Of a stretch of 64,000 bases of DNA, positions 18,849 through 26,206 are shown in pieces; the first letter of the stretch is position 1, and every line of letters starts with the position of its first letter. Under the pieces are notes generated by a model. The model saw only the letters and a list, made by a program, of their open reading frames with translations, was not told the origin of the DNA and did no database searches. The stretch is taken from positions 25,875 to 89,874 of the forward strand of contig CAXBHX010000012.1 in assembly GCA_963975655.1 (NCBI GenBank), written 5' to 3'. The DNA is from an uncultured Verrucomicrobiales bacterium. Its GTDB lineage: Bacteria > Verrucomicrobiota > Verrucomicrobiia > Verrucomicrobiales > DEV007. The position numbers and the translations under genes were made by a program.

Positions 18849-20978
18849 CTAGAGATCTGACTGCTGTTTGGCAACTGTGATCCGGGCCGCGTATTGAGTA
18901 TCAGCGGACAGCTCGTTGAGGATAATGCTTCCACCGGCGAGGCGACCATCGACAAGTGTTGCCGGGGCGCCGTTTTGGGGTAGGTCGGCGACTCGCAAAA
19001 TCTCCATTTTTAGTCCCTTGTCTGGCGCAATCTGACGGCGAAGTTCCAGGGCGACTCGTCCCATCGTATACCTCGCGTTGACCTCACAGGCTACCCGCAG
19101 TGCCAGTTCACCCTGGTGATCTCGATGGAGATAGGCGTCGACTCCAAGGGGGCCTTCATATCCAAGACTGACAGCCCACTCTCGCAACGCATCAGTAAAG
19201 GGGCTCGCAGGATCGTAGATCGGTGCGGCTTGACTCATTAAAAAGCGAGCCAACTCCGGGTCGAGGTTACTGCAAAACTTGGGGAAGGAAATACTACCAC
19301 CATAGCGACCGGAGGGAGCAATGATTTGTTCGATGAACCCCAGTAGGCGAAGGTTTCCTTTCTCGAGGCTGTATTGCACTGAGAAATCGAAAACTCGGGA
19401 GTGAGAGGGCTCAAGAAGTAGACCTCCTTCTGTGGTCGTGCTCTCATCGAGGTCCCTATTCTTGTATGTATTGACCTCGTCGAGTGAAATACGACGCATT
19501 CCTCCTCCGGCCGTGGAGAATGGGCGTTTGATGATTCCCTCGGCCCAGCCTTGCGACTTGAGTTCAGTGGCGGCGTTGATGAGATCATCGCCCGACTTTA
19601 CAGGGTAGGATGGGCCCATCCATTGACCGAGTTGCCTGACCTGCTCAATTTTGGAAAATAGCGGCCGATAGCCGTCATCCCAGACGGGGGCTTTTGAGTG
19701 CGATGTCAGGGGGGCAAAGAGCGGGTTCAACTCAGGGCTGCGCGCCCAGGGTCTCAGCTGATCCACTTTTCGTTCGAGGAGAAGGTTGGAGCTCGATAAT
19801 TCTCCATCTTCCGAAAGTGATTCAATTTCAGGAAGGGTGAAGCCTGCTTCGGCGAGTCGCTCGCGATGCTCGAAGGAGGGTTGTTGTCTAACCAGCAATA
19901 CATCGTCCCGTCTTGCCAGAAAAGCAGGGAGGATCTCGAGGTCATTGATGATGGCTTTGATCTTGTTATTCGGGTGGTAGGCCCGGGGATGACAGGCAAT
20001 TCGGTTTTCCGCCTCAGGATTGAAGTAGAAGACATTGGGGGTCCTGCCGTTCGAACGCTCGAAGAGTGACAGTTCTTTGATATACTCGTCAGTGAAGCCC
20101 GCAGCTCGGCGACCCTCGATATTGAATGGTGTTCGATTGCCTTTTGCCCGGCTGGGAGAAAGAGGAAAGGCCAAATTGACCTGGAGGGCGGACCAGTCAC
20201 TTTCTTCTGAGTTCTTCCATTGCCGGAACCAGTGCAGGCCATACCCAACATGGGAGATTTCATCCCGGTAGATGCGATCAAGTATCGCAGAACTCTCTCT
20301 GTCGCCGACTTGATCAAGAAGTTTTGCGTAGTGACAGGAGTAATCCAGGTTGGCCTGCTCGAATGTCAGACTGAGCCTGGAGACATAGTCGAGAGGGCAT
20401 TCCATCGTGGACACGGCATCCCAGAAAAAGCGATTCACCGGATACTCGCCGAACTCAATGCCGCACTGGCGCATGCGATTTACGTACCACCGAGTGTGAA
20501 TCTGCTCCTCTCGAAGCGTATTTGCGAGCCCCTTTCGGAATGCCGGCGGGGCATCCGGAAATTTGAGGAGTGCCAGTGCCATTAACTCAGCGGCGAGCAA
20601 TTCATGATTGGCGAAAAAATGGAGCAGAACCCCTCGGCTGTGCTCGTTGACCAGAGTAGCCGTTTTTGGGAGAGCGGGGCGAACCGTTGAATTGCTGGCA
20701 AAGTGGAGGTTTTCCGGCCTTCCCGGTGTCACCCCTTCAAAGGTCTGTATCGGCTTCGCGGAAGTTACTACCGGCTGCTCGACCGGATCTGCATCCAGTC
20801 TGGTAAGCCGGAGCTTGTCTTCCAAACTGGTTGAAAACAGAACCCGTGAAGCGAGATCCTCAATATTTTCGGTCTCTGGCATGGATTCTGGTGCGAAATG
20901 GTCATCTGCGAAGCTGGGTCTTGACCGTTTCATGGGATGACGCGAACCTTGAGTTTGTTTGGGCCGAAGTAATATCAA
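18849..20978 (-). CDS. fusion protein: ferritin-like diiron domain (DUF455-like) plus ATP-grasp ligase domain
   Basis: 709 aa. The N-terminal half has HFFANHELLAAE, LREEQIH, TFEQANLD and YRDEISH, the E/ExxH/E/ExxH diiron ligand pattern. The C-terminal half has IIKRPFSTAGGGMRRIS, LLLEPSHSRVFDFSVQY and GVDAYLHRD...CEVNARYTMG, in the order expected for ATP-grasp motifs. The true start may be the Met at aa 16 (nt 20933). Confidence 0.7.
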   Translation of the reverse strand: MILLRPKQTQGSRHPMKRSRPSFADDHFAPESMPETENIEDLASRVLFSTSLEDKLRLTRLDADPVEQPVVTSAKPIQTFEGVTPGRPENLHFASNSTVRPALPKTATLVNEHSRGVLLHFFANHELLAAELMALALLKFPDAPPAFRKGLANTLREEQIHTRWYVNRMRQCGIEFGEYPVNRFFWDAVSTMECPLDYVSRLSLTFEQANLDYSCHYAKLLDQVGDRESSAILDRIYRDEISHVGYGLHWFRQWKNSEESDWSALQVNLAFPLSPSRAKGNRTPFNIEGRRAAGFTDEYIKELSLFERSNGRTPNVFYFNPEAENRIACHPRAYHPNNKIKAIINDLEILPAFLARRDDVLLVRQQPSFEHRERLAEAGFTLPEIESLSEDGELSSSNLLLERKVDQLRPWARSPELNPLFAPLTSHSKAPVWDDGYRPLFSKIEQVRQLGQWMGPSYPVKSGDDLINAATELKSQGWAEGIIKRPFSTAGGGMRRISLDEVNTYKNRDLDESTTTEGGLLLEPSHSRVFDFSVQYSLEKGNLRLLGFIEQIIAPSGRYGGSISFPKFCSNLDPELARFLMSQAAPIYDPASPFTDALREWAVSLGYEGPLGVDAYLHRDHQGELALRVACEVNARYTMGRVALELRRQIAPDKGLKMEILRVADLPQNGAPATLVDGRLAGGSIILNELSADTQYAARITVAKQQSDL

Positions 20979-21017
20979 TAAAGTCCTGCTAATTCGGGCG
21001 GGAGCCCACTATGGTTC

Positions 21018-22769
21018 ATGATTAAGTTTCTGACAAGAAACCCGCTCATCGATTGGTCGCGTAATGGAATTGCGCTGCTGGTTTCATGGGGTAAAAAGTT
21101 CGGTACCAGAGGGGACAGGCGAGGTCTTGCGCTGAAAGCTCTAATGTTCATTTTGGTGATTGGGTTGGGACTGGTGTTTAACCAGACTCTGGTTGACTAC
21201 AATGATGCCAATCGAGGCGTCAGTGAATTGGGCTCTGCCACCGATGAGACCAATTTGGGGCAACTTCCTTCAGTGATTCCCATGGTATGGCAAGGCCTTG
21301 GAGTGTTTCTGTCATTGGTGGCCTTTCTCACGAGCCTGTGGATCAGTGACAAGCAGGAAGAGCACCGCCGTGGCACCATCGTTGTGATGTCCCTCTGGAT
21401 TGCTGCCGCGGCCAGCCTGTTGGCTTGGTTGCCGACGGATGTTCTCGCCACAAAGCAAGCCATCTCGGGAATGGCGTTAGCGGGCGAGACTCCCTCTATC
21501 CCGGCCTACTTAGGAAAACTGCTACTAATTTCACTGGTGATCTTGAGTATCCCGATCGTTTCGATGGTCTATTTCCGTCTCAGCCTGATGGATCGCTATG
21601 TGGTTCACAGCTTTCTGTCACCTTTCTCGTTTTGTCTTTTCTCATTCATTGCCATTTGGGTGATTGCCGATCTGGCAAATAATGCATCGGCGTTTGCCGG
21701 GCTTCCGATCAGCCGAATGATGACTTTCTATGTCGTGCAGGTGCCCTTTGTGATTCTCTTTGTGATGCCAATTGTGACATTACTCTCGGCGCTTTCCTCA
21801 TTGAGTAAGATGTCGAAGGCCAACGAGTTCATTACCATGGTGGGGACAGGACGGAGTGTGCTTCGAATCCTTTTACCGATCTTTATTATAGGCGCCTATA
21901 GTTCCTTTATTTGTCTGGCATTCAAGTATGATTGGGCTCCCTCCTCGGTAGGATACAAGGAAGCTATCATGGACACAGCTTACACGGAGTCTATTGCTCT
22001 TAAACAGGGGACTCAGATCATTAAAGACGTGTGGGCTCGCCGGGGTTGGATGCATGTGAACGAAGTGAATCGCCGGACCTGGTTTGTCGGAAAGATCCCT
22101 TACGAGTTGAGCGATGAGATGGCCGATATCGTTGTGTGGCAGTTGGGGGAGAATGACCAACCAGAGAAAATCTGGAAGGCACGGCGCGCCAAATGGGTTT
22201 GGGATGCGCAACCACCCAAGTGGGTTCTGACAGATGCTCAGATCTATGTTTATGACGAAGAGCAGATCCCCAGGTTAAGCTCTTCGCGCGTGTTGGAGAT
22301 CGAGGATTGGTCTGAGACCCCTTGGAAGGTTCTCAGCTCTTCGCAGAATCCTGACTTTCTGGGTATTCCTGGACTTAGCATGTATCTGAATGCCCATGCG
22401 GAAGCGGGGCCTCGGAGCCTTGCCGCCTTTCGTACGAATTGGTGGTATGTCTTTGCTGAGCCGGCCTCCTGCTTTGCTCTGGTTCTCGTAGCGGCTCCTC
22501 TGGGGGTTGTCTATTCGAGAAAAGGGGTGATGGGAGGGGTCACCGGAGCGATCGGTGTTTTCGCCCTCATGTACGTGTCGAGGGGGTCCTTGGTCGCCCT
22601 GGGCCATCGTGGAACCCTATCTCCATTCGTGGCCGCCTGGACCACCAATTTGATAGTTGGGGGCATTGGAGTGGCTCTACTCTGGTTCAGGGCTAGAAAT
22701 AGAGATGTGCCGAAAATCAGCGAATTAGCTAAGAATCTGCTGAGTCGGATCAGGAAGTCGTCGACATAG
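21018..22769 (+). CDS. LptF/LptG-family (YjgP/YjgQ) permease with an N-terminal extension of about 190 aa
   Basis: From the Met at nt 21588 (MDRYVVHSFLSPFSFCLFSFIAIWVIADL) the protein has canonical LptF/G length (393 aa) and layout. The open frame continues 190 codons upstream and contains four hydrophobic helices. Confidence 0.75.
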   Translation: MIKFLTRNPLIDWSRNGIALLVSWGKKFGTRGDRRGLALKALMFILVIGLGLVFNQTLVDYNDANRGVSELGSATDETNLGQLPSVIPMVWQGLGVFLSLVAFLTSLWISDKQEEHRRGTIVVMSLWIAAAASLLAWLPTDVLATKQAISGMALAGETPSIPAYLGKLLLISLVILSIPIVSMVYFRLSLMDRYVVHSFLSPFSFCLFSFIAIWVIADLANNASAFAGLPISRMMTFYVVQVPFVILFVMPIVTLLSALSSLSKMSKANEFITMVGTGRSVLRILLPIFIIGAYSSFICLAFKYDWAPSSVGYKEAIMDTAYTESIALKQGTQIIKDVWARRGWMHVNEVNRRTWFVGKIPYELSDEMADIVVWQLGENDQPEKIWKARRAKWVWDAQPPKWVLTDAQIYVYDEEQIPRLSSSRVLEIEDWSETPWKVLSSSQNPDFLGIPGLSMYLNAHAEAGPRSLAAFRTNWWYVFAEPASCFALVLVAAPLGVVYSRKGVMGGVTGAIGVFALMYVSRGSLVALGHRGTLSPFVAAWTTNLIVGGIGVALLWFRARNRDVPKISELAKNLLSRIRKSST

Positions 22770-22871
22770 TAAGACCGATTTCGAGGGTGAATACCCCCAG
22801 ATACGAAAACGAGGCTTGCGAGTAGTCCGATTCTGAATTATCGCCCAACCAGACAAGCATCTCATCACACA

Positions 22872-23513
22872 ATGGCGATCATTCAGGACTGGAAAATTCG
22901 TACAACTACAGCTCAGTGTGAGCTGACGGAAGCTCCGTTCAATGACGGAGAGGTATTTTATACCTGCATCTTTGACGATCCCGAGTCGGACGGGTTTATT
23001 CGCAAGGATTATGCTAAGGAATCCTGGGAAAAAGTCAGGGGAGATGGCCCTGATCCTTTTTCATTCTGGAAATCCACTTACAAAGCGCCGGCACCTCCTG
23101 ACGAGAAAAAGCGAATTGAAGACACTTCCGCGGAAGGAATGCTTCGCCGCTTCGTTGAGGAGGACGATTCGAAGACTGAGAATGCTAGATTTATCCTCGC
23201 TCTTATGCTGGAGCGAAAGAAGACTCTGATTCCCACGGACTCGCAAGAGACTGAGACACGAAAGCTGCTTTTCTATGAGCACGCGGAGAACGGAGATGTC
23301 TTTATTGTGGCCGATCCGGGGCTCAAGCTTGACGAGATCGAAGTCGTTCAGATAGAGGTTTCTGAGTTGCTAGCAGGAGAAGAGGCTCGGGCACGAGGCG
23401 AATCAAATTCGGGATCCAGTGGAGAGAGCGAAGAGGAATCGCATGAGGAAGGCGAGGCCGATGAAGACACCACCCAGCAGGGCGGTGATGAAACCACCGA
23501 GGCCGAAGAGTAG
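22872..23513 (+). CDS. hypothetical protein with an acidic low-complexity tail
   Basis: 213-aa ORF with protein-like composition for the first 170 aa or so. The tail is SGSSGESEEESHEEGEADEDTTQQGGDETTEAEE. The last 111 nt overlap a convergent ORF. Confidence 0.5.
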   Translation: MAIIQDWKIRTTTAQCELTEAPFNDGEVFYTCIFDDPESDGFIRKDYAKESWEKVRGDGPDPFSFWKSTYKAPAPPDEKKRIEDTSAEGMLRRFVEEDDSKTENARFILALMLERKKTLIPTDSQETETRKLLFYEHAENGDVFIVADPGLKLDEIEVVQIEVSELLAGEEARARGESNSGSSGESEEESHEEGEADEDTTQQGGDETTEAEE

Positions 23514-23708
23514 TCGATTACCCTTCCCTGTGAGAAATTTCCGGACGCCTTCAGATTTGATGTGCTGGTAGCAACCCGGAGCCAGCTCGCCTATCGTCCA
23601 AATCACTATCTTTAGTAGGCCGAGAGCAACGAGTGCCCATCCGCCATACATAACTAGGCGGATAGCGAAATTCGGTTCGATCAGGTCTCGGTAAGGCAAC
23701 ATTTCCAT
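23403..23708 (-). CDS. small membrane protein (two predicted TM helices)
   Basis: 101 aa. Predicted TM1 is GGWALVALGLLKIVIWTIG, the loop is basic (HIKSEGVRKFLTGKGNR), and TM2 is LLFGLGGFITALLGGVFIGLAFLMRFLFAL. It starts 18 nt after the DUF1460 gene stop on the same strand. Its 3' end overlaps the convergent acidic-tail ORF. Confidence 0.4.
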   Translation of the reverse strand: MEMLPYRDLIEPNFAIRLVMYGGWALVALGLLKIVIWTIGELAPGCYQHIKSEGVRKFLTGKGNRLLFGLGGFITALLGGVFIGLAFLMRFLFALSTGSRI

Positions 23709-23726
23709 ATCTCGGCGATCACCCGA

Positions 23727-24695
23727 TCACCCGATCAGGCGCTTGAGATTGGCTTGGTACTGACCTTCATCGGTAATCGTCTGGTCCACTTCGAGCGGGC
23801 GACCTACGATGATTCCGGCGTGGGAACTGAAATCGTTAAGGTAGCCGGACACTGACTTATCGATCACTACTTTCCGATAGTTTCTCGAGGCATGCATGAA
23901 CCGTGTCACCCCGTCTTCAGTTCGAATAGCCAGTCCCACATGCGAACAAAATCCTCCATGGTACTTCGTCGCTATGCCAATGACATCACCGTTCTGCAAT
24001 TTGGATTCGATCGCCTCGACTTTTGATTTTGGAATAAAATAAACCGGCATGGCGGCCACCCTGTCCTCCCACTTTTTCATGGGTTCTCTTAAATCCGGAT
24101 TGTTGCGCAGATAGCGGTAGCTCTTCCAAAGGATCGTCATCTCACTGATTTTACGATCAGTGATGCGCTCTGCACCCGGCAGGCTGGGGGTAAGATGACG
24201 GCAGGTTCCCCGGGCATCGTTTTCGAAGAACCACTCAGCGAGATAGTGGATGCGCTCTAAGTAGTCTCCGCTGCACTTACCTCCCCGGTAGCGAGTAAAT
24301 TCGATCTGCTTGAGCAAGTCCGCCGGAGTGTATTGCTCCTTCGGTATCGAGATCATGCGGGAGAATCCCAGGCTGGTTTCGAAGAACGTCCAGCAGTCCA
24401 ATCCTTCCAGATTGACTGAGGGTGACTCAATGTGATCATCAATCTCCAGAGTGAAATTCACATACGGAGTGCCGTGAAGTTCTCGGGCAAACTTGATGGT
24501 TCGCTCTCCGATAGGGATGTTTCGCCAATCCTCGGTAAGGGCCTTTTTAACAATAGCCTGAAATTTGTCCTCGCCCCTGAAGATGGTGGACATGGGAAGT
24601 TCCCGTTTCTTGGCAGTAAGCTGAGCTTCAGCCAGTCGGGGGGCGAGACCAAGTGCTCCCACTGCGAGACATCCACGACGCGTGATCCGCTTCAT
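23727..24695 (-). CDS. DUF1460 domain protein (amidase-like)
   Basis: I moved the start to the ATG at 24693-24695 (MKRITRRGCLAVGALGLAPRLAEA, Tat-like signal). The block LHGTPYVNFTLE...VNLEGLDCWTFFETSLGF matches the DUF1460 signature as I remember it. Confidence 0.6.
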   Translation of the reverse strand: MKRITRRGCLAVGALGLAPRLAEAQLTAKKRELPMSTIFRGEDKFQAIVKKALTEDWRNIPIGERTIKFARELHGTPYVNFTLEIDDHIESPSVNLEGLDCWTFFETSLGFSRMISIPKEQYTPADLLKQIEFTRYRGGKCSGDYLERIHYLAEWFFENDARGTCRHLTPSLPGAERITDRKISEMTILWKSYRYLRNNPDLREPMKKWEDRVAAMPVYFIPKSKVEAIESKLQNGDVIGIATKYHGGFCSHVGLAIRTEDGVTRFMHASRNYRKVVIDKSVSGYLNDFSSHAGIIVGRPLEVDQTITDEGQYQANLKRLIG

Positions 24696-24773
24696 AATGA
24701 TCACTCTAGCGGGTTGAGGTGGAATTTCCAGATATTTTGGAAACCTTAATGACACAATGCTGATGGAGGAACG

Positions 24774-26168
24774 TCAGGCGAGAATTCCTTTTGCCACTTT
24801 GCCGTGCACATCGGTTAGTCGGAAATCTCTCCCGGCGTAGTTGTAGGTCAGCTTGGTGTGGTCCATTCCCATGAGGTGCAGAATGGTGGCGTGCCAGTCA
24901 TGGATGTGAACTTTGTCGAGCACCGCTTGAGCACCATACTCATCAGTCGAGCCGTAGCGCTGACCTCCCTTGACGCCGCCGCCTGCCATCCAGGTGGTGT
25001 AGCCTTTGTTATTGTGGTCGCGGCCGTTTCCGGTCTGGCCGTGAGGGGTGCGTCCAAATTCGCCCCCCCAGATGACGAGCGTATCCTTGAGCATGTCTCG
25101 CTGCTTGAGGTCCGCGAGCAGGCCAGCGATAGGCTTGTCGATGGCTCCGCAGCTGTTGGGGAGTGCGACGTTTAAGTTGCGGTGATGGTCCCAGCCACCG
25201 TTGTTGACTTGGATAAAGCGGACCCCGGATTCGAGCAGGCGTCGGGCGCTGAGGCACTGACGACCGAAGCCGGAGGTGGCGGTGTCGTCGAGGCCGTAAA
25301 GGGAGCGGATGTGATCGGGTTCTTCGCCGATATCCATCACGTCTGGCAGTTCGTCCTGCATCCGGAAGGCGAGTTCATAGGACTCGATGACGCCTTCGAC
25401 TTCGGGGTGAAACTCGTCGCGGGCCAGCTTCTCGGAATTGAGCGAGTTGATGTAGTCCAATTGAAGACGCTGGAGGTCTTTGCTGAGTCGGGGATTCTTG
25501 ATGTTCTTGACCGGCTCTGGGTTGTCTTGCTGTCGGGTGAAACGGTTGCGCCCCGTTCCTCCGATGGGAGTGCCCTGATAGATGGCGGGCAGGAAGGCGC
25601 TGCCGTAATTTTGCGCTCCGTTGGGTGGGGACAGAGTGACGAAGCCGGGCAGGCTGTCGTTGCCCGTACCTAGGCCGTAGAGAGTCCAAGCGCCAAGGGA
25701 GGGGCGGACAAATTGGAAGTTGCCCGTGTTCATCTGGGTGGTGGCCTGAGGATGGTTCGGGATGTCGGTGTGCATGCTGTTGATCAGGCAAAGATCATCC
25801 GCGTGCCCTGCGACGTGAGGAAATAACTCGGAGATGTGGAGTCCGCTTTCGCCGTGCTGTTGGAACTCCCAGGGAGACCCTAGGAGTTTGGAGAAATTGC
25901 GCCCGGCACTTTTCCCGTGGTCAGCATTCAGCTGGGGTTTGTAGTCGAAAGTGTCGACGTGAGAAGGTGCTCCGCCCATCGCGAGGAAAATGACGCGTTT
26001 GGCTCTTGGAGCAAAGTGAGGATTTTTGGGAGCCAGCGGATTGGCTTCAGCCCGGGCCTGCATCGTGCTGAGGGCAGAGAAAGCAAGGTAGCCGAAACCG
26101 GAGGCACCAGTCTGGAGCACTTGCCTCCGGGTGGGAGCGGAGGGAGAGTAGGCGTTCATCGTTTTCAA
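24774..26168 (-). CDS. DUF1501 domain protein (sulfatase-fold, Tat signal)
   Basis: 464 aa with the twin-arginine signal PTRRQVLQTGASGFGYLA. The body is typical of DUF1501 (VIFLAMGGAPSHVDTFDYKP ..., GGWDHH, WGGEFGRTP). Confidence 0.9.
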   Translation of the reverse strand: MKTMNAYSPSAPTRRQVLQTGASGFGYLAFSALSTMQARAEANPLAPKNPHFAPRAKRVIFLAMGGAPSHVDTFDYKPQLNADHGKSAGRNFSKLLGSPWEFQQHGESGLHISELFPHVAGHADDLCLINSMHTDIPNHPQATTQMNTGNFQFVRPSLGAWTLYGLGTGNDSLPGFVTLSPPNGAQNYGSAFLPAIYQGTPIGGTGRNRFTRQQDNPEPVKNIKNPRLSKDLQRLQLDYINSLNSEKLARDEFHPEVEGVIESYELAFRMQDELPDVMDIGEEPDHIRSLYGLDDTATSGFGRQCLSARRLLESGVRFIQVNNGGWDHHRNLNVALPNSCGAIDKPIAGLLADLKQRDMLKDTLVIWGGEFGRTPHGQTGNGRDHNNKGYTTWMAGGGVKGGQRYGSTDEYGAQAVLDKVHIHDWHATILHLMGMDHTKLTYNYAGRDFRLTDVHGKVAKGILA

Positions 26169-26206
26169 ACAGGGATGGGTGGTTGAGTATACAGGGTTGG
26201 GTGGTG

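Noticed and set aside
23714-23737. Short tandem repeat cgatcacc-cgatcacc-cgatca at the DUF1460 stop / small-ORF start junction.
   Set aside because: It has only about 2.5 copies of an 8-mer. Slippage by one unit would regenerate the same stop codon context, so no functional consequence is evident.
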